A DNA stretch of 41,228 nucleotides from an uncultured Thermoanaerobaculia bacterium (GTDB lineage Bacteria; Acidobacteriota; Thermoanaerobaculia; Thermoanaerobaculales; Sulfomarinibacteraceae). The stretch covers positions 1 to 41,228 of the forward strand of contig CAZCEX010000001.1 of NCBI GenBank assembly GCA_964497785.1. The letters are read 5' to 3'. Position numbers and translations under genes: made by a program. This document shows, piece after piece, positions 14,375 to 24,277 of the stretch (within the stretch, counting starts at the first letter, position 1; every line of letters starts with the position of its first letter). Below the pieces are notes generated by a model that saw nothing but the letters and a program-made list of their open reading frames with translations, did not search any database and was not told the DNA's origin.

Positions 14375-16552
14375 ATGAAAATCATCCCCATCGTCCTCAC
14401 AGTTTTGTTTGTCATGGTGTTGCCGGCGGCAGCCCTGGATCTACTGCTCGTCGACGCTGACGGCGAGGGTCTCGCGGGCGCCCACGTGTCGGTGGTCGGT
14501 CAACCCGGGATCTGGGTTGCTGACCGAGAGGGTTTCCTGAATCTCGACCCGACACCGGAGCTGCCATTCGTTGTGATCGTCGCCCGTGCCGATGGCGTCG
14601 CACTGAGGCCGATCCCGGTGGTCGAGATCCCGAGCGAGGGCCGGATGACGCTCACGGTCGAGGGTATCGGCGGGACGGTGACTGTGATCGGCTCGGCGGT
14701 GCCGGATATCGAGCTGTCACCCGCCTCGGCGACGACCTTGATCGGCAAGAGTGATATCGAAGAGCGCGGTGCGACCAGTCTCTCCGATGTCCTGGAGACC
14801 GTTCCCGGAGTTGGTAGGACGGGGGAGGGCCACTCGGTTGTGCCGAGTCTGCGGGGTCTGCCCAAACACCGGACGCTGATCATTCTCGACGATGGCAGGG
14901 TGAGTACCGAACGCCGCGCAGGGCCATCCGGCACCTACCTCGATCCGGACACGCTCGATGAGGTCGAGGCGATCCGCGGACCGGGCTCGGTGGCGCATGG
15001 CTCGGATGCCTTCGGCGGGATCATTCGCGCACGATCACGCGCGCCACGGTTCAATATCGAGGGTGTCGAGGTCGATTATGCCGTACAGGGGGCGCAAGGC
15101 ACTCCGGGGTGGGGCGCAGCCGCCGATGTCACGATGCCGGCCGTCGGCGGGGGCTTCCTCCTCGGCGCCCAGGTGCGTGACTACGCGGACTACTCGAGCC
15201 CTGAGAGTGTGGTCCTGGATACTCGATGGGAGACATGGGGCGTGCGCGCCGGGTGGCAAGGCGTGGTTGGCAAAGGGGTGCTCCAGGTCGGGTGGAGGTC
15301 GGACCGCTCCGTTGACGTTGGCAAACCGAGCCCGGAATCGCACGTCAAACGGGTGTTCTACCCCATCGAGGACTCGGATCGGTTGAACATCCGTTTTGAG
15401 CAGCCGTTGCAGGGCAAATGGCAGAGGCTGTCGCTCAGCTTTGCGTGGGACGACTATCGGTTGGTGCTCGACAAGGACAATCTCGACGGAGCGGGTAACC
15501 CGGTCTCGAGGGCTCGGTCCGACACTGCAGCCAACGACTTCGACCTGCGGTTCGAGGCCGAGAGGTCCTTTGGCTCTGCTCGACTGGTGGTCGGGGCGAA
15601 TGTCAACGGTCGGTATGGCCTCGAGTCGACTCTGAGCGAGTACGCAGGCGGCAACGGTGGGCTCGAGGAGACATTGCGCGAGACGGCTATCGAGGAAGCA
15701 CGCGGAGGCAATGCCGGGATCTTTGCCGCCCTGAGTGGCGAGGTCGGTCGTTTTCGTCTGTCGGCCGGGCTTCGTGGGGATTCGGTGCAGAGTTCCAACT
15801 CGGGCGGGTATTTCGGAGACGTTTCGACCTCCGATTCTGATCTCGCCGGGTACGTGGCTGCAGCGTTGGATCTTGGTGCGGAAACCGATATCACGCTGCA
15901 GCTCGCACGTGGTTTCCGCTCTCCCCAACTGTCCGACCGTTACTATCGAGGCATTACGGGCCGCGGATTCATCACCGGAAACCCGTCTTTGGATCCGGAG
16001 ACGTCCCTCCAACTCGACGTGGCCTTCCATGCGCGCCGCGCCAGGTGGCAGCTCGGGGGCTATGCTTACCTCTATCGGATCCAGGATCTCATCGAACGCT
16101 ACAAGGACGACGGAAACTACTTTTTCCGCAATCGGGGTGAGGCGGAGATCCGTGGTATGGAGCTCGAGGCTGCACTCAACCTCGGGGGAACCACCTCTCT
16201 TCAACTCGGCGCCTGGTGGCTGCGCGGCGAGGTCCTGGACGACGGAATGCCGATGGATGATATTCCTGCGCCGGGTCTTTCGGTCGTACTCCGGGACGAC
16301 CGTTCCCACGGCATGCGGTGGATGCTGCGGGGCGCAGCGTATGCTCGCGATGACGACCCCGGTCCATCGGAACTCGTGACGCCCGGGTATGCGGTGCTGG
16401 ATGCCGCCGCGGGCTGGGCCTTTTCGGATGCGGTCCAGCTGCAACTGCTCGGCCGGAACCTGCTCGATCGGACCTACCCTGGATCTGCGGATGAGCAGGC
16501 CGTTTTGGCGCCGGGCAGATCATTCATGGTGACCCTGCGCGGGACGCTGTGA
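14375..16552 (+). CDS. TonB-dependent receptor with N-terminal carboxypeptidase-regulatory-like domain
   Basis: Signal MKIIPIVLTVLFVMVLPAAA. N-terminal segment LLLVDADGEGLAGAHVSVVGQPG. Plug blocks (TLIGKSDIEERGATSLSDVLETVPGV, LRGLPKHRTLIILDDGRV, IEAIRGPGSVAHGSDAFGGII). Long beta-barrel. Start chosen at ATG 14375; the track ORF begins at 14333. Confidence 0.8.
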   Translation: MKIIPIVLTVLFVMVLPAAALDLLLVDADGEGLAGAHVSVVGQPGIWVADREGFLNLDPTPELPFVVIVARADGVALRPIPVVEIPSEGRMTLTVEGIGGTVTVIGSAVPDIELSPASATTLIGKSDIEERGATSLSDVLETVPGVGRTGEGHSVVPSLRGLPKHRTLIILDDGRVSTERRAGPSGTYLDPDTLDEVEAIRGPGSVAHGSDAFGGIIRARSRAPRFNIEGVEVDYAVQGAQGTPGWGAAADVTMPAVGGGFLLGAQVRDYADYSSPESVVLDTRWETWGVRAGWQGVVGKGVLQVGWRSDRSVDVGKPSPESHVKRVFYPIEDSDRLNIRFEQPLQGKWQRLSLSFAWDDYRLVLDKDNLDGAGNPVSRARSDTAANDFDLRFEAERSFGSARLVVGANVNGRYGLESTLSEYAGGNGGLEETLRETAIEEARGGNAGIFAALSGEVGRFRLSAGLRGDSVQSSNSGGYFGDVSTSDSDLAGYVAAALDLGAETDITLQLARGFRSPQLSDRYYRGITGRGFITGNPSLDPETSLQLDVAFHARRARWQLGGYAYLYRIQDLIERYKDDGNYFFRNRGEAEIRGMELEAALNLGGTTSLQLGAWWLRGEVLDDGMPMDDIPAPGLSVVLRDDRSHGMRWMLRGAAYARDDDPGPSELVTPGYAVLDAAAGWAFSDAVQLQLLGRNLLDRTYPGSADEQAVLAPGRSFMVTLRGTL

Positions 16553-16613
16553 CCCTGGTCATCGAGTTGGGCGAACGGCCTCATACGACACGTCGGTGAG
16601 ATACACTCCGCCG

Positions 16614-18962
16614 ATGAGGTTGGTCTTGTCGAAGCGGTGGTTGGTATTTCTTCTCATGGTCGGTGGAATGGTTGGCGCCGAAGGACTGCCGCCTGGTGAT
16701 CATGATCGCTCTCGAGGCGAAGAGGAGAGGATCCGCCAACGGGAGCAATGGTTCTTCGAAAGCCGCGGCCTCGGCGGTGTTGAGCGACCGGATCTCATCC
16801 GCGCCAGCGCGGTGGAGCAGTTGAGGTCGGCCTCTGAAGGTGGGCGGGACATCCTGACTCGGTGGCGCAACCTCGGTCCGGAGAGCATGACGATGTTTGA
16901 CTGGGCCATGGGCAATGTGGCCGGGAGGGTGGCGGCGCTGGCCGTGGATCCGACCGACGAAAATACGATGTATCTCGGGGCCGCCTCAGGTGGGTTGTGG
17001 AAGACCGTCAACGGCGGCGCCTCGTGGGCGCCCATTTTCGACGACGTCGGAACGCAGACGATCGGCGCGATCTTCGTCGATCCCGCCGATTCGGATGTGG
17101 TCTGGGTTGGAACCGGAGAGCAGGGCCAGTCGTGCGGATCGTACTTCGGTCTCGGCCTGTTTCGTTCGCAAGATGGCGGCGCCACGTTCGAGGCCGTCAA
17201 CGGAACCCCGAGCCACCCCCTGCGGTTGTCCTACATTTCGAGCATCGTCGTGCACCCTCAGGATGCGCAGATCGTACTCGCCGGTGGCCATGGTTGGTGC
17301 TCGAACGGCACCTACTACGGTGGCGGACTCTACCGGTCAACCGACGGCGGCGCTACATGGTACCTGGAACTCTCAGGGCCGATGACCGACATCCTGGTCG
17401 ATCCCAATGAGCCGGGCACCATGTATGCGGCCATGGGCCGATGGGCGTGGTCCAACGACGGAATCTACAAGTCGACGGACGGTGGTTCCGCCTGGACGAG
17501 ATTGACAAACGGGATTCCCTACGGCGAGTCGGTAGGGCGAATCCGAATTGCAGCAGCATCCCAGAACCCCCAGATTCTGTATGCGCTCGTCAACAACGCG
17601 TCGAATTCCGCCAGCGGGCTCTACCGATCCGAGGACGGGGGCGCCCAATGGTCCCTTCAAAACGACGACGCCTGTGAAGGTCAATGTTGGTACGATCTCT
17701 GCCTGGCAGTCGATCCATTCAACAGCAATACCGTGCTGGTGGGATCGATTCGTTTCGCCCGGTCCACTGATGCCGGTATCACCCTCGAGTACTTGACCGA
17801 TGGCTGGGGAGGCGACCAGACGGTTCACCAGGACACCCATGTCCTGCTCTTTTCGACACGCGCTTATGGTCGATTCTGGGTCGGCTCGGATGGGGGACTG
17901 TGGAGAACCGACAACAGTGGGGTCGGATTCACGAACCTCAATGCAAACCTCGATGTGACGCAGTTCTACGATATTGCGGTGCATCCCAGCGATGGCGAGA
18001 TTATTTTTGGGGGCAGTCAAGACAACAGCTCGAGTCGGCGTAATGCTTATCAGGTCTGGGATACGACCGTGGTGTCGGGTGACGGCTTCATGAACCTCGT
18101 GAGCCCCGAGGACCCGAATACGGTATTTCAAACGAGCTATCCGTGGGGCGACAAACCCTCGATCTGTAAATCGGTGACAGGCGGAGGTCCGGGCAGCTGT
18201 TGGTGGATGAGCACCGACGGGATCGGTTCGGGCGAACCCTTTCCGTGGGTCACGCCGCTCGCCGTGTCGCACGCTGGGCCCGGTATACCGGCTCAACTAT
18301 TCGTGGCCTCGCACTCGGTCTACCGCGGCAGGGCCGATCAGTCGTCGTCGGCCTTCGAGTGGACGAAGATCTCGGGTGCTCTCACCGAAGACGAGTCGCC
18401 GGTCTCGGTGCTGGCGTCCCACTTCGACGGGCAGTCGGTCATCCTCTATGTCGGTACGGCCAACGGGCAGATCTGGCGCAATGACGACGCCATGGCGGGG
18501 ACCGCATGGCAGGACGTGACCGGCGCATACCCGGGCGGACGGATCAGCGACATCGCGGTCGATCCGACGCAGCCGGATCGGCTATTTGTCACCCGCAGTG
18601 AGTTTGGCGGCTCGAAGGTCTTCCGCTCCTTGACGGGTGGCGTGAGTTGGGCCGCCGCTGGTCAGGGGCTGCCGAATGTCCCCGCGAACACCGTAGCCAT
18701 CGATCCGGTGAACCCATTCAGGGTCTTTGTCGGCAACGATGTGGGTGTTTTTGAAAGCCTCAACGGGGGCGTTTCATTCACTCCGTCGACCAGAGGTTTA
18801 CCGCTCGGCGTGGTCGTCACCGACCTCGAGATCGATGACGACCCGCACTTGCTGACAGCCGGCACCTACGGCCGCGGCGCCTGGCAGAGAGACCTCGACC
18901 AGAATGTCAGCGGGATCTTCACTGATAATTTCGAGAGCGGTACCACCGACGCGTGGCGGTAA
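16614..18962 (+). CDS. Secreted BNR/Asp-box repeat beta-propeller protein (sortilin-VPS10 / GH74 / Ycf48-like architecture); carries the C-terminal tail
   Basis: Multiple SxDxGxTW-type boxes: SQDGGATF, STDGGATW, STDGGSAW, SEDGGAQW, STDAGITL, TDNSGVGF, LTGGVSW, LNGGVSF. Signal MRLVLSKRWLVFLLMVGGMVGAEG. Ends ...GIFTDNFESGTTDAWR*. Start could also be GTG 16596. Confidence 0.75.
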   Translation: MRLVLSKRWLVFLLMVGGMVGAEGLPPGDHDRSRGEEERIRQREQWFFESRGLGGVERPDLIRASAVEQLRSASEGGRDILTRWRNLGPESMTMFDWAMGNVAGRVAALAVDPTDENTMYLGAASGGLWKTVNGGASWAPIFDDVGTQTIGAIFVDPADSDVVWVGTGEQGQSCGSYFGLGLFRSQDGGATFEAVNGTPSHPLRLSYISSIVVHPQDAQIVLAGGHGWCSNGTYYGGGLYRSTDGGATWYLELSGPMTDILVDPNEPGTMYAAMGRWAWSNDGIYKSTDGGSAWTRLTNGIPYGESVGRIRIAAASQNPQILYALVNNASNSASGLYRSEDGGAQWSLQNDDACEGQCWYDLCLAVDPFNSNTVLVGSIRFARSTDAGITLEYLTDGWGGDQTVHQDTHVLLFSTRAYGRFWVGSDGGLWRTDNSGVGFTNLNANLDVTQFYDIAVHPSDGEIIFGGSQDNSSSRRNAYQVWDTTVVSGDGFMNLVSPEDPNTVFQTSYPWGDKPSICKSVTGGGPGSCWWMSTDGIGSGEPFPWVTPLAVSHAGPGIPAQLFVASHSVYRGRADQSSSAFEWTKISGALTEDESPVSVLASHFDGQSVILYVGTANGQIWRNDDAMAGTAWQDVTGAYPGGRISDIAVDPTQPDRLFVTRSEFGGSKVFRSLTGGVSWAAAGQGLPNVPANTVAIDPVNPFRVFVGNDVGVFESLNGGVSFTPSTRGLPLGVVVTDLEIDDDPHLLTAGTYGRGAWQRDLDQNVSGIFTDNFESGTTDAWR

Positions 18963-18991
18963 GCAACGCCGGGGCGCGAGAAATAGGGCAT

Positions 18992-19199
18992 TCAACGCAG
19001 AGGCGCAAAGGCGCAAAGGCGCAGAGAAGGAGAACCGGTAGAACCTTCGTATTCGGTAGGTCGTGACGCGTTGGCTGTGAGGCCAGCCTCCTGAGTTTCT
19101 CAGCGGGAGACCAGCAGGCCCGTATGGCGAAAAATCGTTCAGAAATTCCCTTTTTTCATAACTTTACGTCTTTGCGCCTTTGCGTTGATCTCTTCCTAC
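18992..19199. repeat. REP/MITE-like element: inverted CGCAAAG-repeat arms flanking ~130 bp, between two convergent genes
   Basis: Left arm is TCAACGCAGAGGCGCAAAGGCGCAAAGGCGCAGAG (18992-19025). The reverse complement of the right arm (19167-19190) is TCAACGCAAAGGCGCAAAGACG, matching 18/19 over the core. The right arm abuts the stop codon of the S8 protease gene (19196-19198). A related element occurs at 37795-37875. Confidence 0.7.
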
Positions 19200-20719
19200 T
19201 CGATCGTTTCGGACCACGCGGAGGTGTTGCCGGTCTCGAACCCGTCGGAGAAAAGCTCGAGCGGGCTGATGAGGAGGGCGGCGTTGACGGCGGCGAGGGC
19301 ATCGATCCGGCCCCAACCGTAGACGTTGTTCGGGACGTCGGTCGGTCCGTCCCCGCCGCAGCCTTCGTTGGTCGTGAGTGGGACCGCGGTATCGCGGATG
19401 ATCTGCTCGATGGTGTCGACGTCGCCTGCGAGGTTGGGGTTGGCCGAGATCATCAGGGCGACGAGGCCGGCAACGTGCGGGCCTGCCATGCTGGTTCCAT
19501 TCCAACCGCCGTCGTAGGAACCGTCTCGAGTGCTCGATCGGATGTCTACCCCAGGAGCGGAGATGTCCGGTTTCAAGCGGTTGCTGTTGTCGACGGTGAC
19601 CGGGCCACGGCTCGAGAATCCGGCGATGTCGTCGATCCAGTCGGTGGCGCCGACCGAAAAGCTCGCGTCGTAGGTAGCAGACGGTGTGGCGACGCTGCTG
19701 CAGCCGGAGCCCTCGTTGCCGGCCGAGTGGACCGTGACGATTCCCGCTGCGCGGACATTGTCGACGACGGTGAGCAGAACGTTGGGATCGGTGCAACCTT
19801 CGCTTTCGGGACAGCCCCAGGAGTTGTTGATGACGTGCGGCGCGAGGTCGGGGTTTGGGTTCAGGCCCGCGAGATCGGTCGGGGCCATGAAGAACTGGTA
19901 ACACTCGGTATAGGTCGCCGGTGTGCCGTCGCCCTGGTCCATGTTGCGACAGGCGATCCATTCGGCGCCAGGCGCCATGCCGACCTGGTTGCTGCCGCCG
20001 TCGTCGCCGATGATGGTGCCCATGGTGTGGGTGCCGTGGCCGTGGTCATCGCACGGTTCTGGGGAGTCACCAATGCAGCTCCCGGAGCTCGAGTGCACAG
20101 CATCGTGCCAGTTGTAATCGTGGTTCCCTGCGCCGCCACGGTACTGATTGACGAGGGCGGTGTGGCTCCAGAGATAGCCGGTGTCCTGACCCGCGACGAC
20201 GGCGCCGCTGCCGTTGATTCCGAGGGCCCATACGAGGTCTGCTCCGACGTGGGAGATGTTCCACTCGACGCCGCGCATCGCCGGGGCGCTGGTGTGGGCT
20301 GGGTCGAGCGTGCTGACGTGCACGCGCGGGTTCGCGCTGATGCGCTTCACGTCGACTCGTTCCGCCATCGCCCGTACGGTGTTGATGCCACCACGGACCC
20401 AGATCATGTTGGCCACCCAGTAGGCGCGGTGCTCGACTCTGGAGGCTGTGAGCGCTGCGAGTACCGGTCCCTGAGTAGCGGAGGCCGTCGCCGTCAGGCG
20501 TTTGTAGACGGCGCGTCCCTTTGCGGCCTTGCTTCGAAGGAGCTTGATAGCGCTCAGGTCAGCCTGCTCCTCGAGGACGACGAGGAACTCGGTCTCACCC
20601 GCCCGGCTGGTATTCAACACCCAGGGATCGACCTTCGAAACCCACGCTTGATCGCCAGCGCCAAAACACAAAGATGCAGCTGCGATCAGCAAACAACAGA
20701 AAAAGAATCGCGTCTTCAT
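19196..20719 (-). CDS. Secreted subtilisin-like serine protease (S8) with N-terminal propeptide; carries the C-terminal tail
   Basis: Catalytic triad blocks in order: VVAGQDTGY (Asp), HGHGTHTMGT (His), GTSMAGPHVAG (Ser). Signal MKTRFFFCCLLIAAASLCFGA. I9-like pro-region. Ends ...ELFSDGFETGNTSAWSETIE*. Confidence 0.9.
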   Translation of the reverse strand: MKTRFFFCCLLIAAASLCFGAGDQAWVSKVDPWVLNTSRAGETEFLVVLEEQADLSAIKLLRSKAAKGRAVYKRLTATASATQGPVLAALTASRVEHRAYWVANMIWVRGGINTVRAMAERVDVKRISANPRVHVSTLDPAHTSAPAMRGVEWNISHVGADLVWALGINGSGAVVAGQDTGYLWSHTALVNQYRGGAGNHDYNWHDAVHSSSGSCIGDSPEPCDDHGHGTHTMGTIIGDDGGSNQVGMAPGAEWIACRNMDQGDGTPATYTECYQFFMAPTDLAGLNPNPDLAPHVINNSWGCPESEGCTDPNVLLTVVDNVRAAGIVTVHSAGNEGSGCSSVATPSATYDASFSVGATDWIDDIAGFSSRGPVTVDNSNRLKPDISAPGVDIRSSTRDGSYDGGWNGTSMAGPHVAGLVALMISANPNLAGDVDTIEQIIRDTAVPLTTNEGCGGDGPTDVPNNVYGWGRIDALAAVNAALLISPLELFSDGFETGNTSAWSETIE

Positions 20720-20812
20720 GGCCGTACTTTAACACCGTCAATGTCGAATCTTCCGTCGCGGCGGGCAGCCGCGATCACGGCAGAAACGTCGGAGTTGGGT
20801 TAAGCTCAACCA

Positions 20813-21949
20813 ATGACGGCCTCGACCGATACGGTTCACCCGGGCGCCCGTTTTCTGCTGATGGCGGCCTGTACGATCATCGTCATCGGTGGGTTGAAGA
20901 TCGCCGGCAAGCTACTGATCCCGTTTTTTCTCGCCGCTTTTCTCGCGATGCTGTGCCTTCCGGCCGTTGGCTGGCTGACCCGGCATCGGCTGCCGAACAT
21001 CGTAGCGGTGCTATTGGTGGTCTTGGTCTTGGGGGGCTTGCTGTCGGCGGTGGGCGCCATCGCGACGACCTCGATCAATCAGTTCACGGCGGCGGCGCCC
21101 CGATACGAGGAACGGGTCGATCAGCTCTGGGCATCGATCAGCGAATGGCTCGACAGGGCGCCGTTCGAGATCCTGCCATTTGACCTCAACGAAGACGAGT
21201 CCTTCGAACCCCTTGCCATGATCAAGCCGGGACAGCTCTTGAGCTTCCTCGGCACCAGCCTGAAGGGTGTGCTGGCGGCGCTCTCGAATACCTTCCTCGT
21301 GATCCTGACTCTGGTATTCATGTTGTTGGAGGCGACGACCTTTCCGACCAAAATCAGACTTGCGTTCGGTGGGGACTCGTCCGAGGTCGACAAGTTCTCC
21401 GAGGTAACGCAGCAGGTGCAACGTTACCTGGCGATCAAGACGGTCACGAGCCTGACGACTGGAGTGGCTGTCGGCGTCTGGGTCGGCATCCTCGGTCTCG
21501 ATTTCGCAGTAGTTTGGGCGCTGGTCGCTTTCTTGCTTAACTACATTCCAAGCATCGGATCGATCGTGGCCGCCGTGCCGGCCGTACTCCTGGCCCTGGT
21601 GCAGTTGGGCTTCGGCCCCGGCCTGGCGGTAGCCATCGGCTACATGGTGATCAACGTGACGATCGGCAACATCGTCGAGCCGTCTCTTTTAGGGAGGACG
21701 CTCGGGCTGTCGACGCTGGTCGTCTTTTTCTCCCTCGTCTTTTGGGGTTGGATGTGGGGTACCGTTGGCATGCTGCTGTCGGTGCCCCTGACCATGATCA
21801 TCAAGATCCTGCTCGAGAACTCGGACGATCTGCAGTGGGTATCGGTGCTGCTCGACAGTGGCCGCGGTCTCGATGTTCGACTGGCCAGACTCAAAGGTCA
21901 GAAAGCTGCGCAAGCGGCCTCTTCTGTCAACAATACGAAGGATATTTGA
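20813..21949 (+). CDS. AI-2E family (PerM/UPF0118) transporter
   Basis: About 8 hydrophobic helices and the family-typical block FLLNYIPSIGSIVAAVPAVLLAL...GNIVEPSLLGRTLGLS. Confidence 0.75.
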   Translation: MTASTDTVHPGARFLLMAACTIIVIGGLKIAGKLLIPFFLAAFLAMLCLPAVGWLTRHRLPNIVAVLLVVLVLGGLLSAVGAIATTSINQFTAAAPRYEERVDQLWASISEWLDRAPFEILPFDLNEDESFEPLAMIKPGQLLSFLGTSLKGVLAALSNTFLVILTLVFMLLEATTFPTKIRLAFGGDSSEVDKFSEVTQQVQRYLAIKTVTSLTTGVAVGVWVGILGLDFAVVWALVAFLLNYIPSIGSIVAAVPAVLLALVQLGFGPGLAVAIGYMVINVTIGNIVEPSLLGRTLGLSTLVVFFSLVFWGWMWGTVGMLLSVPLTMIIKILLENSDDLQWVSVLLDSGRGLDVRLARLKGQKAAQAASSVNNTKDI

Positions 21950-22018
21950 TCACCGGCACTCACGGGGGAGGAATACCGCATTTTTGACTGGTATATATAC
22001 ACTCGCAGAGGGAGGGGT

Positions 22019-24268
22019 GTGAATTTTCAAAATCGTTTCTCGCCAACCATCGCGGTGACGCTCGTGCTCTGCGCGGGGATGTCCGTGCACGCGGAGGATC
22101 GAGGGGATGGATCTCCCGAGAGCCCATTCGTGATCACCCGGGCAACCGGCGAGATCGTCATCGACGGAGCTGTGGACGAGCCCGCGTGGGAGGAAGCGAC
22201 CCGGCTCGAGATCGGGTATGAGGTGAGCCCTGGAGAGAACATCCCGCCTCCGGTCTCCACCGAGGTCCGTCTGACGTACGACGACAAGGCCGTTCTGGTG
22301 GCTTTCCGGTGTAGCGACCCCAATCCAGGTGAAATCAGGGCTCGATTCTCGGATCGGGATCACCTATTGGACGACGACTGGGTCAGCCTCGTTATCGACA
22401 CTTTTAACGATGAACGGCGGGCCTATGAGTTCGTCGCCAACCCGCTCGGCGTGCAGATGGATGCGATCAACGACGACGTCAGCAAGAGGTATGACGTTTC
22501 GTGGAACGCCATCTGGTTCTCGAAGGGCAGGATCACTGCGGGCGGGTACGAGGTCGAAATTGCAATCCCATTCAACCAGCTGCGATTTCAGAAGACTTCC
22601 GGGCCGCAGGTGTGGGGGATCGATTTTGTCAGGTCCTATCCACGAGTTTTTCGCCACCACCTGGGATTCTTCGCGCGTCAGCGGGGTGAAAACTCCTATC
22701 TCAGCCAGACGCTCAAGATCGTCGGGTTCGAAGGCGCCGAGCAGGGTAAGAACCTGGAGATCGTTCCGACACTGACGGGCGCCAGGGTCGAAGAACGCGC
22801 CGATGTCCCGAACGGCCCGCTCGAGGTCGTCGACGAAACTGTACAGGCGGGCATCACCGGCGCCTGGGGGGTCACGCCCAACATCACGCTCGCCGGCGCC
22901 GTGAACCCCGACTTCTCTCAGGTCGAGGCCGATGCGGTTCAGCTGGGTATCAATCAGACCTTTGCCTTGTTCTACCGGGAGACCCGGCCCTTTTTTCAGG
23001 TTGGCGCCGACTACTTCGAGACCCCCCTGCGAATGCTCCATACGCGGATGATCGTCGACCCGGCAATCGCGCTGAAGGCGACGGGAAAGGTCGGTCGTCA
23101 CACATTCGGGGTCTTTTCGGCGCTGGACGACACCACCAATCTCATCGTCCCAGGGGCGGAGGACTCCCAAAGCGGGTCCTTCGACCAGAGGAGCCTGGCC
23201 TCGGTCGGCCGCTACCGCTTCGACTTCGCACGCAACTCCACCACCGGGGTGATGATCACCGATCGTAAAGGAGAGGACGGATACTTCAGCAGGGCCCTCA
23301 GCCTTGACGTGCTGTACCGGATGAGTTCATCGGACAAGTTGACGGCGAATATCATCTGGACCCGGACGCGATACAACGCCGACATGGTCGAAGAGTTGGA
23401 GATCGAAGATGTCGAGCCTCGAGGGCGGGGCATCCTCGTGGATTACAACCACAGCGTTCGAAATTGGGAAGGCTGGGCATGGTTCCGCGACATCGACGAG
23501 GACTTTCGCCTCGACCTGGGGTTCCGGCCCAACGTGGACTTTCGCAAGGGTGGCGTCGGCGGCAATCGCATCTGGTGGGGTGACGAAGAGGATTGGTATA
23601 CGAAGATCGAGGCCGGTGTCGCCTTCGACTACGGTCAGCGTCAGGATGGTAGCTTCTTCGAACGGGAGACCGAGGCATGGATCGACTATCAGGGGGCCTA
23701 CCAGAGCGCCGTGCATCTTGGCGGCACGGTGGGGACCACGGTATTCGGCGGTGAACACTTCCCGATCGACGGCTTTTTTCTGTTGGGCAGGATCAGGCCC
23801 AACAGGGTTTTCGAGCTCGACCTGCAACTGCGTTCTGGCAGGTGGATCGACTTCGAGCACACCCGCTCTGCGGACAGGCTGCGAATCGCACCTGAGGTGA
23901 CCATCCGCCCCGGACGCCACCTCCTGCTCGGGTTCGAGTACACCTACCTGGCCTTGGATGTCGAGGCGGGGAGATTGTTTACCGCAGGGGTGGCCGAGAT
24001 GCGCGGCATATGGCAGTTCAACGTTCGCACCTTTGTCCGGGTGATTCTCCAATACACCGAGATCACGAAAGACCCAACGCTTTACGCCGAAGAGGTCGAT
24101 CGGGAGAATCGCGATCTGTTCACCCAGCTTCTCTTTTCGTACAAGGTCAACCCCCGCACGGTCGTCTATGTCGGCTACAGTGATGGATCGGTGGCGACCG
24201 AGAACTACGGTCTGACGGTGCAGGACCGAACGGTGTTTGCAAAGCTCGGGTACTCGTTCTTTTTCTGA
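22019..24268 (+). CDS. Outer-membrane protein with N-terminal CBM9-like domain and C-terminal beta-barrel (DUF5916-like)
   Basis: GTG start after GGAGGGG. Signal MNFQNRFSPTIAVTLVLCAGMSVHA. IDGAVDEPAWEEA motif, typical of CBM9-like modules. Long alternating beta-strand region. Terminal ...AKLGYSFFF* is an OMP-type aromatic C-terminus. The family assignment is from memory. Confidence 0.55.
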   Translation: MNFQNRFSPTIAVTLVLCAGMSVHAEDRGDGSPESPFVITRATGEIVIDGAVDEPAWEEATRLEIGYEVSPGENIPPPVSTEVRLTYDDKAVLVAFRCSDPNPGEIRARFSDRDHLLDDDWVSLVIDTFNDERRAYEFVANPLGVQMDAINDDVSKRYDVSWNAIWFSKGRITAGGYEVEIAIPFNQLRFQKTSGPQVWGIDFVRSYPRVFRHHLGFFARQRGENSYLSQTLKIVGFEGAEQGKNLEIVPTLTGARVEERADVPNGPLEVVDETVQAGITGAWGVTPNITLAGAVNPDFSQVEADAVQLGINQTFALFYRETRPFFQVGADYFETPLRMLHTRMIVDPAIALKATGKVGRHTFGVFSALDDTTNLIVPGAEDSQSGSFDQRSLASVGRYRFDFARNSTTGVMITDRKGEDGYFSRALSLDVLYRMSSSDKLTANIIWTRTRYNADMVEELEIEDVEPRGRGILVDYNHSVRNWEGWAWFRDIDEDFRLDLGFRPNVDFRKGGVGGNRIWWGDEEDWYTKIEAGVAFDYGQRQDGSFFERETEAWIDYQGAYQSAVHLGGTVGTTVFGGEHFPIDGFFLLGRIRPNRVFELDLQLRSGRWIDFEHTRSADRLRIAPEVTIRPGRHLLLGFEYTYLALDVEAGRLFTAGVAEMRGIWQFNVRTFVRVILQYTEITKDPTLYAEEVDRENRDLFTQLLFSYKVNPRTVVYVGYSDGSVATENYGLTVQDRTVFAKLGYSFFF

Positions 24269-24277
24269 GGCTGGTAT

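Noticed and set aside
15035-16444. 469-aa minus-strand ORF; also the 17373-18296 minus-strand ORF (307 aa)
   Set aside because: Antisense shadows of the TonB-dependent receptor and BNR genes respectively. Arg/Pro-rich composition.
19124-20803. 559-aa plus-strand ORF, the longest frame across this region
   Set aside because: It lies exactly antisense to the minus-strand S8 protease ORF, which has the complete Asp/His/Ser triad blocks and a signal peptide. The plus-strand product is Gly/Arg/Val/Asp-rich with no motifs. This is a typical high-GC shadow ORF.
21985-22018. TTGACT hexamer upstream of the CBM9-like OMP gene as a -35 box
   Set aside because: There is no acceptable -10 hexamer at 16-19 bp spacing; the TATATA run starts only 3 nt after it. 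Left unannotated.
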